From an uncultured Candidatus Saccharibacteria bacterium (GTDB taxonomy: Bacteria > Patescibacteriota > Minisyncoccia > UBA6257 > JACOXY01), in assembly GCA_964357615.1 (NCBI GenBank), contig CAYHMC010000001.1, positions 66,602-130,601 on the forward strand: a stretch of DNA of 64,000 nt, given 5' to 3'. The translations under genes were made by a program, and so were the position numbers. Below the pieces are notes generated by a model. That model saw only the letters and a program-made list of their open reading frames with translations, made no database searches and was not told the DNA's origin. Positions 9,215 to 18,731 of the stretch are shown in pieces (positions within the stretch are counted from its first letter, which is position 1; the number at the start of each line of letters is the position of its first letter).

Positions 9215-9883
9215 TCAGTTTGTAACTTCTGGAATAAATAAATCATTCGGACTTGCAATTGGGTGCCAGAAACTCGCATAAACTATATTTATTGGAATTC
9301 GCTTTGCCATATTACCTATCATAGGAGATAAAATTTCTTCGTTATTTTTTCCATAAACTGTTGGTTCGTTAAAAATTTCTTTATTGGTTTTAAAGGGCCC
9401 ACAAACAGCTAGGGGATTTATAATGTCCATTGGTTTTTCAACTATACCAACCAAAAGCCCGTTATTTACTTCACAGTGCCCAAATTTACCAGGTTGATTC
9501 TCGATTTGTTTGACTAAAAGCGCATGCTCGTAGCTTAATAGTTTTTTAATATCTTCTTTTTTAAAAATGTCATCTGAAAACATTACTAGAAATTCATCGC
9601 GAATTATTGACTCAGCAAGTTTTACGGCATTAAAAGTTCCTTTCTGTTCTGTTTGTTCGATGTAGGTTATTTTACGACCAGCAAAAGTATTTCTTAGATA
9701 TTTTTTAATTTGCTCTCCTAAATATCCGACAATAACTATAACTTCGGTAACAGATTCTGGCAGAACTTCAAATGTATATTCAATCAACGCTTTACCATTT
9801 AATTTAACTAATGGTTTTGGAGTAGTAAGTGTAAGCGGTTGCATTCTTTCTCCTCGCCCTCCAGCCAAAATAATTGCTTGCAT
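9215..9883 (-). CDS. sugar-phosphate nucleotidyltransferase family protein
   Basis: AIILAGGRGERMQPLT...PKPL, GT..A, IVEKP. Confidence 0.9.
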   Translation of the reverse strand: MQAIILAGGRGERMQPLTLTTPKPLVKLNGKALIEYTFEVLPESVTEVIVIVGYLGEQIKKYLRNTFAGRKITYIEQTEQKGTFNAVKLAESIIRDEFLVMFSDDIFKKEDIKKLLSYEHALLVKQIENQPGKFGHCEVNNGLLVGIVEKPMDIINPLAVCGPFKTNKEIFNEPTVYGKNNEEILSPMIGNMAKRIPINIVYASFWHPIASPNDLFIPEVTN

Positions 9884-9891
9884 ATATTTTT

Positions 9892-11004
9892 TTAAGCACT
9901 AGTTTTTATAGATTCGATTATGGCAACTTCTAACGGAACCAAAGCAAAGGGGGAATACCGCATGTCGGTATATGCTCGAATTAGAGTTTTGATGAGTTTA
10001 ATAAAAAAATCTGGTGTATTTTTTGTTCCAATATTTTTGAGCGCTGTAATATCATCATTTGTTAAATCTGAACGGAATAATTCCTCTAAATCAGGATTCA
10101 TTTTAAGTGATAAAACACGCCTAAGATAATGAATTAAATCTTTTGTAAATTGCACCATATTTGTTCCGGAATCATTTAATTCATTTAGGAAAACTAATGC
10201 TTTGCTTAAATCTTTTAAAGCTAAGAGTTCAGAAAAATCTTTTAGTCTTTTAAAACCAACCCTTCCAATTGCTCGCTCTACCGTTTCGGAAGTAAGTTTT
10301 GGAGAATGCGAATGGACCTGCTCGAGCAATGATTCTGCATCACGAAGTCCACCATCCGATGCAACCGCAATAAGTTCAAGCGCATCTTCATCGAATTCGA
10401 TTTTTTCAGTTTTACAAATTGATTTAAGCTTTTGGACTATTGTTTGTCTATTTAATTTTTTAAATATAAATCTTTGAGTTCGTGATGTTATTGTGGCTGG
10501 CAATTTGTCGAATTCAGTTGTTGCAAGAATAAACATCACATGCTCGGGTGGTTCCTCAAGAGTTTTAAGTAGCGCATTAAAAGCTGGACCAGTTAACATA
10601 TGAACTTCATCAATGATAAATACTTTGCGAGCATACGACGCCGGAGCTGTTTGTGTTGCTTCTTTTAAATTTCGCATTTCATCTATACCACGATTTGAAG
10701 CGGCATCTATTTCTATAACGTCCAGTGCGCTTCCACTGTCTATTTCATTGCAAACGTGACATTTATTGCATGGCTCACCTTGACTATGAAATTTTTTGTC
10801 AGATGCCCTTAGTTCGCAGTTTACAATCTTTGCCACAAGACGGGCGGCAGTTGTTTTGCCCGTTCCTCTTGGACCAAAAAAAAGATAAGCGTGAGCAAAT
10901 TTATTTTGACGAGATGCATTTTGAAGAATTTGAACATTAATTTCTTGACCTAATAGATCAGAAAGTATTTTTGGGCGATATTTTCGATAAAGCGCGAGTG
11001 ACAT
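9892..11004 (-). CDS. dnaX: DNA polymerase III subunit gamma/tau
   Basis: ALYRKYRP, GPRGTGKT, EIDAASNRG, IIDEVHML, LLKTLEEPP. Confidence 0.97.
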   Translation of the reverse strand: MSLALYRKYRPKILSDLLGQEINVQILQNASRQNKFAHAYLFFGPRGTGKTTAARLVAKIVNCELRASDKKFHSQGEPCNKCHVCNEIDSGSALDVIEIDAASNRGIDEMRNLKEATQTAPASYARKVFIIDEVHMLTGPAFNALLKTLEEPPEHVMFILATTEFDKLPATITSRTQRFIFKKLNRQTIVQKLKSICKTEKIEFDEDALELIAVASDGGLRDAESLLEQVHSHSPKLTSETVERAIGRVGFKRLKDFSELLALKDLSKALVFLNELNDSGTNMVQFTKDLIHYLRRVLSLKMNPDLEELFRSDLTNDDITALKNIGTKNTPDFFIKLIKTLIRAYTDMRYSPFALVPLEVAIIESIKTSA

Positions 11005-11117
11005 TTTTACTGTTAATTTAATATTTTTAACTCAAGTTTATAACCTAAGTATAATACTACAATTTTACTTAAGATACATTCCTTTCTTTTTTCGTCATAA
11101 TAATACATAATATTTTA

Positions 11118-12518
11118 ATGGATAAACGAACAATCTCTATAATTGGTTTGGTTGTCATATTTCTCGGAGCAATAATTTATTTTATTCCTGGTTCAAAAAT
11201 AGATCTTCAAACAAATTTAAGTGGAAAATCAGTCGCAAATTCAAACGCTTCACTTACTGATTCAGTCGATTCAGTTACGGATAGTATTTTAGCCGGTGCC
11301 CCAGAAGCTACTTCAAGCGATGTTATTGTTTCATCGGGCTCAGATTATAACGACATTGAACCGCAAAAGCCCTTACCAAATCCACCATCAGTAATTAAGG
11401 CAATTTATGCCACGAGTTGGTCAGCTGGTTCAGCGCGAAAGGTGGATTATTTAATTGATTTAATAAAAACAACAGAACTTAATGCCATAGTAATAGATTT
11501 AAAAGATTTTTCTGGCCATACTTTGTATGATAGCCAGCTTGAACTTGTAAAAAAATATAAAGCTAAAGATGTTCGAATTCCTAAAATTAATGCATTAATT
11601 AAAAAATTGCATGACGAAGGAATTTATGTGATAGGTAGACAGACTATTTTTCAAGATCCAGTTTTGGCAAAAGCTAGGCCAGATTTAGCAATTCAAAAAG
11701 ATATTTTAGATAAAACAGTTGAAATTCAAAACAGCACTTCAACTTCTGCTCAACAGGCGGTAACTAAAAGAGTGACTTGGTATGACAGCAAAGGTTTAGC
11801 TTGGATAGACCCAGGAGCTAAAGATGCTTGGGATTATAATATTGCAATTGCAAAAGAAGCTGTGTCGCGGGGTGTTGACGAAATAAACTTTGATTATATT
11901 AGATTTCCAACAGACGGGAAAATCAACGAAATGAAGTTTAGTCATTTCGATGCAAATAATATGCAGAAAGTTACGCAGATTAATAATTTTTTTAGATACC
12001 TAAAAGAAAATACAAATGGAATGAATACCTCGGCAGATCTTTTTGGTTTGGTAACAGTTAACAATGATGACTTAGGAATAGGACAAAACTTAAAATCAGC
12101 TGCGCCATATTTTTATGCAATTTCGCCGATGGTTTATCCATCACATTACGCCAAAGGATTTATTGGTTACAGTAACCCAGCCGAACACCCAGCCGAAGTA
12201 ATTACTTATTCTATGCAACAAGCTCTTAAAAAATTTATAACTGAAGAGATTTGTAATGATGAAGTTCTAGTTTCAACTTCAACAGATTCAATTGCTACTA
12301 CAACAAAAAAAGCATGTACCAAAAAAGAAGTTAAGTATATGGAAGCTAAACTTCGTCCGTGGTTACAAGATTTTAATTTGGGCGCACAATATGGAGTTGA
12401 AAAGGTAAGAGCTCAAATAAATGCAGTTGATAAAATATTGAAAAACACACCAGCTTATAATGGGTGGATGCTTTGGAACCCATCAAATGTTTACACCAAG
12501 GGTGCTCTAGAGTTATAA
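11118..12518 (+). CDS. putative glycoside hydrolase (DUF4015-like), membrane-anchored
   Basis: ELNAIVID.KD, GVDEINFDYIRFP, SPMVYPSHY, RPWLQDF, WMLWNPSN. Confidence 0.85.
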   Translation: MDKRTISIIGLVVIFLGAIIYFIPGSKIDLQTNLSGKSVANSNASLTDSVDSVTDSILAGAPEATSSDVIVSSGSDYNDIEPQKPLPNPPSVIKAIYATSWSAGSARKVDYLIDLIKTTELNAIVIDLKDFSGHTLYDSQLELVKKYKAKDVRIPKINALIKKLHDEGIYVIGRQTIFQDPVLAKARPDLAIQKDILDKTVEIQNSTSTSAQQAVTKRVTWYDSKGLAWIDPGAKDAWDYNIAIAKEAVSRGVDEINFDYIRFPTDGKINEMKFSHFDANNMQKVTQINNFFRYLKENTNGMNTSADLFGLVTVNNDDLGIGQNLKSAAPYFYAISPMVYPSHYAKGFIGYSNPAEHPAEVITYSMQQALKKFITEEICNDEVLVSTSTDSIATTTKKACTKKEVKYMEAKLRPWLQDFNLGAQYGVEKVRAQINAVDKILKNTPAYNGWMLWNPSNVYTKGALEL

Positions 12519-12542
12519 TAATTGAAATAAATTAAAATAAAT

Positions 12543-13799
12543 ATGTTTGCAAATCTTAGAGTTCGATGGAAAGTTGTAATTGGAATTATAGTTGAAATTA
12601 TTTTATTAGTCGGAGTTGGTTTCGGCGGTTTTTATGTTGGAACACTTTTTGCATCTGTTCAGCCACATACCATTACATTGTCCATGAATAATGTAACTGG
12701 AACTTCTACCACACCGGACTTCAATACATTTTGGCAAGCATGGGAAATTGTTAAAAAAGATGCACTTCACGGCAAAAATTTAACTGATAAAGATTTATTA
12801 TACGGTGCAATTAGAGGAGTTGTTGGATCGCTCAAAGACCCACACACGGTATTTATGCCTCCATCTGATGCAAAAAAGTTTTCAGATGAGATAAGAGGTA
12901 GTTTTGGTGGCGTGGGAATGGAAATTGGAAAGCGTGAAGGCAGGTTGCTCGTTATTTCTCCACTTAAAGATTCTCCAGCAGAAAAGGCAGGGTTAATGGC
13001 CAATGACTATATCATAAAGATTGGTGATATTTTTACTGAAGCATTAGATGTTGAGCAAGCGGTAGATTTAATTCGAGGTCCAAAAGGCACTCCTGTAAAG
13101 CTTGAGTATGTAAGATCTGGCTGGACAGAGCCGAAACAAATTTCAATTATTAGAGATACTATTGTTGTTCCAACGATCGAATATGTAAAGCTAGACAATA
13201 ATATTGCCCATATTAAGCTGTATAATTTTAATGAGAAGGCTGCGGATGGAATAATGGATGCGCTTCGGAGTGCAGAAAAAGATGGAGCAGAGCGTATAAT
13301 TTTAGATTTAAGAAATAATCCAGGAGGCTTTCTTGAAATATCAGTTCGTATTGCTGGGCTTTGGTTGCCTGAGGGGATGGTAGTTGTAAGTGAGGAATTT
13401 AGAGACGAAAGTAGCAATGAGAAATTTACATCGCCAGGAAATGGTGCGTTAAAAAATATTCCAACTGTTATTTTGATAAACGGTGGCTCCGCATCTGCAT
13501 CAGAAATTTTGGCTGGGGCACTTCGAGATAATCTTGGAATAAAATTAATTGGCACAAAAACTTTTGGCAAGGGGACTGTTCAAATATTAAAACAACTCAC
13601 GGATGGCTCAAATGTAAAGGTGACTGTTGCAAATTGGCTTTTACCCAAAGGAGAAACAATTGAAGGAAATGGCATAAAGCCCGACATTGAAGTTAAAATA
13701 ACCGAAGAACAAATTAAAAAAGAAATAGACCCGCAACTGAAACGCGCAATAGAAGAAGTTAATAAAATAAAACCAAATTTAACTATTGAAAAAATTTAA
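12543..13799 (+). CDS. ctpA: S41 carboxyl-terminal protease with PDZ domain
   Basis: ILDLRNNPGG, SASASEILAGAL, TFGKGTVQ. Confidence 0.93.
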   Translation: MFANLRVRWKVVIGIIVEIILLVGVGFGGFYVGTLFASVQPHTITLSMNNVTGTSTTPDFNTFWQAWEIVKKDALHGKNLTDKDLLYGAIRGVVGSLKDPHTVFMPPSDAKKFSDEIRGSFGGVGMEIGKREGRLLVISPLKDSPAEKAGLMANDYIIKIGDIFTEALDVEQAVDLIRGPKGTPVKLEYVRSGWTEPKQISIIRDTIVVPTIEYVKLDNNIAHIKLYNFNEKAADGIMDALRSAEKDGAERIILDLRNNPGGFLEISVRIAGLWLPEGMVVVSEEFRDESSNEKFTSPGNGALKNIPTVILINGGSASASEILAGALRDNLGIKLIGTKTFGKGTVQILKQLTDGSNVKVTVANWLLPKGETIEGNGIKPDIEVKITEEQIKKEIDPQLKRAIEEVNKIKPNLTIEKI

Positions 13800-13801
13800 T
13801 A

Positions 13802-14242
13802 ATGGTTAAAGTTATATTAAAAAGAGACATTCCAAAACTTGGAAAAAAAAATGAAGTAAAAGAAGTTTCTGATGGCTATGCAAAGAATTTCTTAATCAAA
13901 AGGGGACTTGTAGAGTTTGCAACAATTGAAAAAATAAAAACACAGGAGTTAATTTCGAGTGCAGAAAGGACAAAACAGCAAGAAAAAAAATCTCAAGTTA
14001 CAATTCTAGCAAAAGAACTCAAAAATAAACTCATAATACTAAAAGTAAAAACTGGAAAAAAGGGTGAATTATTTGCCGCAATTGGCGAGAAAGAAATAGA
14101 AACTGAATTAAAAAAAGACGGAATAGTTGCTAAGGTAAACTTAGATCACAAATTAAAATCTACTGGTGAATATAATATTGAAATTGAGCTTGGTTTTGGA
14201 ATTAACTCAACGATTAAAGTTAAGCTAGAACCCCTTAGCTAA
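13802..14242 (+). CDS. rplI: 50S ribosomal protein L9
   Basis: KVIL..DIPKLGK..EVKEVSDGYAKNFL. Confidence 0.95.
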   Translation: MVKVILKRDIPKLGKKNEVKEVSDGYAKNFLIKRGLVEFATIEKIKTQELISSAERTKQQEKKSQVTILAKELKNKLIILKVKTGKKGELFAAIGEKEIETELKKDGIVAKVNLDHKLKSTGEYNIEIELGFGINSTIKVKLEPLS

Positions 14243-14270
14243 AAGCATATATTGTATAATAATTGTATAT

Positions 14271-15497
14271 ATGAAAATCAAAAACTCTGGTTTCACACTT
14301 CTCGAACTGCTCATTGTTATTGGAATATTAGCAGTGCTTTCTACCGCAGCAGTTTTAGTTCTAAATCCCATAGAATTACTTAGACAAGCGAGGGATTCAA
14401 CTAGAATTTCAGATCTTCAAAATATTCATAAATCACTGGCTATATATCAAGCTAGTGTATCTTCTCCAAGTTTTGGAAATTCAAATACAATTTATATTTC
14501 TATTCCTGATTCGAGTGTCACTTGTAATAATGTTTCATCCACTCTTCCAACAGTGCCTCCCGGTTGGAGTTATAGTTGTGCGACAACTGCAAATTTTAGA
14601 AAAGTAAACGGAACTGGTTGGTTGCCAATTAATTATACAACGATGCCTCAGGGTTCATCATTTTCTATTTTGCCTATTGATCCAATAAATAGCGCCACAG
14701 CACAGCAATATTATGCTTATGTTCCGGGTGGTAGTTGGGTAATTACAGCTGCGCTTGAATCTCAAAAACTTTTAAATGGCGCAAAAACAGATCAGGGAGG
14801 CGATGACACAAGACTTGAGGTTGGTAATGATATTGAGCTTTGGACATCCGCATCTGGACTTGTTGGTTATTGGAAATTTGACGAAGGTTCTGGGTTAACT
14901 GCAATTGATAGTTCTGGTTTAGGGCATAATGGAGTTTTTAATGGAACGATAGCCGATTCGCATTCATCAACAAACTGTAAGCAAGGAGGTTGTATATTGC
15001 TTAGTGCATCTAGTTCGCAATATGTGCGTGTTCCAGGCGCCGCAAGTACAAGTATGGCAAATGGGCACACAATTGCCCTGTGGTTTAAGCCGTCGATTTT
15101 AGCTTTAAGTACGAATATACTAGTTAGCTCGCCTTCGTTGCCTTATATTTCAAATCATCTCTCACCATTTAAAACATATCACAGAGCTATAATAGGTGGA
15201 GTTCAAAACGCTGTACAGGGTCCGACTAACGCAACGGTTGGTACATGGGCTTTTCAGGTTGGAACATATGATGGCAGTAACTTGAGGGCCTATACAGATG
15301 GTGTTGCTGGTGCGCCCATGGCATTAAGCGGAGCAGATACTAGAGATATCCCTTCGTCTGATGTGCTGTGTATCGGAAGTTATGATTGTCGCACAACACC
15401 AACTTTTTTTACAAACGGTTCAATTGATGAAGTCCGTATTTATAACAGAGCCCTTACTGATACAGAGATTAAGGCATTATATAATTCGACTAAGTAG
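14271..15497 (+). CDS. type IV pilin-like protein with C-terminal LamG/concanavalin-like domain
   Basis: Prepilin motif G|FTLLELLIVIGI; LVGYWKFDEGSG ... F.GSIDEVRIYNRALT. Confidence 0.92.
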   Translation: MKIKNSGFTLLELLIVIGILAVLSTAAVLVLNPIELLRQARDSTRISDLQNIHKSLAIYQASVSSPSFGNSNTIYISIPDSSVTCNNVSSTLPTVPPGWSYSCATTANFRKVNGTGWLPINYTTMPQGSSFSILPIDPINSATAQQYYAYVPGGSWVITAALESQKLLNGAKTDQGGDDTRLEVGNDIELWTSASGLVGYWKFDEGSGLTAIDSSGLGHNGVFNGTIADSHSSTNCKQGGCILLSASSSQYVRVPGAASTSMANGHTIALWFKPSILALSTNILVSSPSLPYISNHLSPFKTYHRAIIGGVQNAVQGPTNATVGTWAFQVGTYDGSNLRAYTDGVAGAPMALSGADTRDIPSSDVLCIGSYDCRTTPTFFTNGSIDEVRIYNRALTDTEIKALYNSTK

Positions 15498-15536
15498 TAT
15501 TTAATAAAAAAGCCCTCATGGGGCTATTTTATAGTT

Positions 15537-15824
15537 TTATTTTGTAACTTTTGCTACTACCTTTACAAATGTTTTCTTTATTTTATGACCGTCGAATCTA
15601 ATCTTAGATTTTTCGTAGTATTGAACTTTTCCGTGTTTTAGTGCGAGTAATGTGTCATCTCCAGCTCGTTTTACATTTAGCCCCGGTTCATAATGAGTAC
15701 CTCTTTGGCGAACAATAATCTCACCCGCGTTAGCGTGTGCACCATGATTAATTTTTATCCCAAGTCTTTTTGCGGCGGAATCTCTGCCCCATCTAGTAGA
15801 ACCGCCGGCTTTAGTATGTGCCAT
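15537..15824 (-). CDS. rpmA: 50S ribosomal protein L27
   Basis: [26 protein letters not shown]. Confidence 0.96.
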   Translation of the reverse strand: MAHTKAGGSTRWGRDSAAKRLGIKINHGAHANAGEIIVRQRGTHYEPGLNVKRAGDDTLLALKHGKVQYYEKSKIRFDGHKIKKTFVKVVAKVTK

Positions 15825-16001
15825 AAATTAGTAAAATATTATAAATACTAGTATAGTATAAATTTTTAAAACATGCAATATCTGTTAATTACATTCAGTT
15901 TAAGGCTATGCGCTAATAAATAGGTATAAAAATTATATTGACAAATCATAGTTAATTCTTTATAAGTAAATATAGAATATAATGCAATCAAGGAGTTTCT
16001 T

Positions 16002-16241
16002 TTGTCGATTAGCAAAAGTGATAGAAGGAAAATAAAGCGAAGTAAGACTATGGATGTTGTTCTTCATCTTAGTGAAGATTCAATAATTGGCCTTGATTTG
16101 GTTGCAAGAGACGACGAAGGTAGACGAATTATAAGTGATTTGATTAGTGGTAAAATATCTGGCTTGGGATATGATGCTGGAACGGTTATATATCCACATG
16201 CTGGTGGCCAAGGCTCCTATCATTTTAGTTTTCCAAAATAG
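16002..16241 (+). CDS. hypothetical protein (ORFan)
   Basis: TTGACA-17-TATAAG at 15938-15966, AGGAG SD, terminator at 16248-16270. Confidence 0.65.
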   Translation: MSISKSDRRKIKRSKTMDVVLHLSEDSIIGLDLVARDDEGRRIISDLISGKISGLGYDAGTVIYPHAGGQGSYHFSFPK

Positions 16242-16311
16242 TATAATTGCCCATCATTCGGGCATTTTTTATTACTTCAAAATATTTTAAATTAGAGTAT
16301 ACTTTTTAAAC

Positions 16312-16641
16312 ATGCCAAATAAATTGGAAAAAATAATTTTAATATTATTTTCGGTTTTTATAACTTTTTTGTCGTTATTTGTTCCACTTCTAGGCGATGA
16401 TTCTTGCAATCGTGGTGTTAGGGGTTTACCAATTTCATTTATCGAGGTGCAGGTTTTTTCTAGTAATGGCACGCCAGTAGCATGTTCTTCTATGAGCAAT
16501 GAACCAGTTTTATATTTACAAACACGATCTTTTTATGACAATACCGCCTCAACTAAGATTCGTTCCTTTGTTATAATCGTATTAGACACAATATTATGGT
16601 TTTATTTTTTTAAATTTATCTACAACAAATATGCCAAATAA
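16312..16641 (+). CDS. 2-TM hypothetical protein whose first 14 nt duplicate the start of the next gene
   Basis: ATGCCAAATAAATT at 16312-16325 and 16631-16644. Confidence 0.7.
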   Translation: MPNKLEKIILILFSVFITFLSLFVPLLGDDSCNRGVRGLPISFIEVQVFSSNGTPVACSSMSNEPVLYLQTRSFYDNTASTKIRSFVIIVLDTILWFYFFKFIYNKYAK

Positions 16642-17332
16642 ATTAGTTATTGATATAGAAACTGTAGGAGTAGATTTTGATTCACTTGATGAAACATCTC
16701 AAAAACAACTTGAGAATTATTTTGCTCGTAATAGCAAAGATGAGGAAGAAGCCGAAGAGCAAAAAGATAAACTTGGTTTTTGGCCACTTACGGGCGAAGT
16801 GATTGTTATTGGGTGCCTAAATCCTGATACTGGAAACGGAATTGTTTTTGCTAATTCTGGAAAAATTAAATTGCCTCGTGAAATTGAAGATGGAATTCAA
16901 GTTGAAACTGGAACTGAACGAGAAATATTGGAAAAGTTTTGGGAAACAGCAAAAAAATATAATACATTCATAACATTTAATGGCAGGGGAATGGACGCTC
17001 CATTTTTAATGATTCGCTCTGCAATCCACGGAATAAGACCAAGTAAAAATCTTTTAAAAAATAGATATTCGTCGTATCAGGATTTTGATGCGGTTCATTT
17101 AGATTTAGTAGACCAATTAACATTTTATGGTGCAATGCGAAAGACTTTCTCGTTGCATTTTTGGACTAGGGCTTTCGGTATAACTAGTCCAAAGGAAGCT
17201 GGTGTTTCTGGTGATGATGTAAAAAATTTATATAAGAATGGAAAAATTTTAGATATCGTTAAGTATAATGTTCGTGATATTAAGGCTACGGCAGAGCTAT
17301 ATAAGAGATGGGAAAAATATCTTAGTTTTTAA
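16631..17332 (+). CDS. 3'-5' exonuclease, PolB-exo/RNase H-like (DEDDy)
   Basis: VIDIET, ITFNGRGMDAPFL, HLDL, YNVRDI. Confidence 0.88.
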   Translation: MPNKLVIDIETVGVDFDSLDETSQKQLENYFARNSKDEEEAEEQKDKLGFWPLTGEVIVIGCLNPDTGNGIVFANSGKIKLPREIEDGIQVETGTEREILEKFWETAKKYNTFITFNGRGMDAPFLMIRSAIHGIRPSKNLLKNRYSSYQDFDAVHLDLVDQLTFYGAMRKTFSLHFWTRAFGITSPKEAGVSGDDVKNLYKNGKILDIVKYNVRDIKATAELYKRWEKYLSF

Positions 17333-17399
17333 CACTTTGAACTTTTATTTAGTTGTGATACCTTGAAGGTAGAAAATTTCGATATCCAAAGGAGGAAAA

Positions 17400-17714
17400 T
17401 TGACCGAATTTAAGGAGTATGTTTGTAGAAAAATCAGCGATGCATTATCAAGAATTATAGACGACGGAAAATTGGCGAGAAAAACTTTTAATAACAAAGG
17501 AATATTTATTTCAAATACAAACAGAGGTCCCTTTATTAAATTTATCGCAGATACTTTGTTGCACGACGGTGAATTTTTGGATAAAATTGATATGATTGAT
17601 TTAGAAAGAACTATCTTTGATGTGCTTTTAGAAACGCAGAGAAAAGCTAGTATGCAGGAAAGAGCGGCGGCAATTGCTAAGGCACTGACTGAAAAAAGAA
17701 ATTCCAGTTTATAA
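17400..17714 (+). CDS. hypothetical protein (ORFan)
   Basis: AGGAGG SD upstream; terminator at 17717-17746. Confidence 0.7.
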   Translation: MTEFKEYVCRKISDALSRIIDDGKLARKTFNNKGIFISNTNRGPFIKFIADTLLHDGEFLDKIDMIDLERTIFDVLLETQRKASMQERAAAIAKALTEKRNSSL

Positions 17715-17746
17715 TAACGATCCTCCCTACTTAGGAGGTCGTTTTT

Positions 17747-17904
17747 GTTTTAGCTTTCGATAACTTATAAATTATTCGGATTAATTTTTTTAGTTGATAT
17801 AACGAGAGCTAAAACAATCCCGAACAATTTCTATTTTTATAAAGCGATGACCGAGCGGGAGTGAGGAAATGCTGAAGCCAGCAGGCTGAATGCACGAGGG
17901 ATAA
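17747..17904 (-). repeat. dispersed intergenic element, copy 2 (with 17-nt internal insertion)
   Basis: Reverse complement TTATCCCTCGTGCATTCAGCCTGCTGGCTTCAGCATTTC[insert]ATCGCTTTATAAAA, then the stem GTTTTAGCT...AGCTAAAAC. Confidence 0.8.
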
Positions 17905-17950
17905 ATTCAATTTTCTTAAATAAAAAAACCACATTATTATGTGGATTTTT

Positions 17951-18640
17951 TTAGAGTGTTTTTTCTTTTAATACCAAAGAATGGTTTAAAACATCTATTC
18001 CGAGCGTTTCGTTGCTTCGTTTAAGCATTACTTCTATATGGCCAATAGATTTACCAGTATTATCTTCTACAGCTATAAGGCGAGTGTAATATGGCGCATC
18101 ATAGCAATCACCACTTTTTAGAATTTGCGCAGCTTCATAGGCCGTATTTACTCTGCGCTTATATTCGTCTTTAATATCTTCGAATACTCCACTAATTCCA
18201 ATTCCAGAATCTTTAAAGTCAACGGCTTTGCTTGTAAGCGCTTCTACTGTGCAAGCGTAGAGCCAATATCGTAATTCATCAGATTCTTCCCAGTCGCCAT
18301 TTGCAACTTTAATTTGTGGCACGCGTTGAATTAATCTTGTGATGGCATAATTTAATTCTCCCAAATACGCCCCTTCATAATTGTATCGCCTTGATACATC
18401 ATAAATTATTCTTGCTAGTTCAAAAGTAGGAGCATCAAATTTACGATTGGTGTCATTGTGGCTAACTAATTGAATAAGTCTAGTTCCAATTGTAGAAAAA
18501 ATTTTCTTATATATGACGATAAGCGAAAGATTTCTGGTGATTTGAGATGCTGCTTCAACTGCAACGGATTCAACTGCTAGGTCAAGAATTACACGATCGG
18601 TCGATTTGCCATCAGTCTTTATGCTTGGTACATACGGCAT
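17951..18640 (-). CDS. DUF6899-like hypothetical protein
   Basis: MPY...DR, GELNYAITRL, GVFEDIKDEYKRRV..AYE....SGD motifs. Confidence 0.65.
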   Translation of the reverse strand: MPYVPSIKTDGKSTDRVILDLAVESVAVEAASQITRNLSLIVIYKKIFSTIGTRLIQLVSHNDTNRKFDAPTFELARIIYDVSRRYNYEGAYLGELNYAITRLIQRVPQIKVANGDWEESDELRYWLYACTVEALTSKAVDFKDSGIGISGVFEDIKDEYKRRVNTAYEAAQILKSGDCYDAPYYTRLIAVEDNTGKSIGHIEVMLKRSNETLGIDVLNHSLVLKEKTL

Positions 18641-18731
18641 TGTTATTTTTCCTTGATTTGAATCTCAAAAAGTCCTAAAGCAATAATATGTCAATATCCA
18701 AAAAAAACAAGCACTTGTATTCTTAAAATGA

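Noticed and set aside
17747-17815. GTTTTAG...CTAAAA stems (also 27348-27416) resemble a Cas9 repeat:anti-repeat duplex
   Set aside because: There is no repeat-spacer array and no cas, iscB or tnpB gene in the window, and the similarity is only about 7 nt. Kept only as part of the dispersed element.
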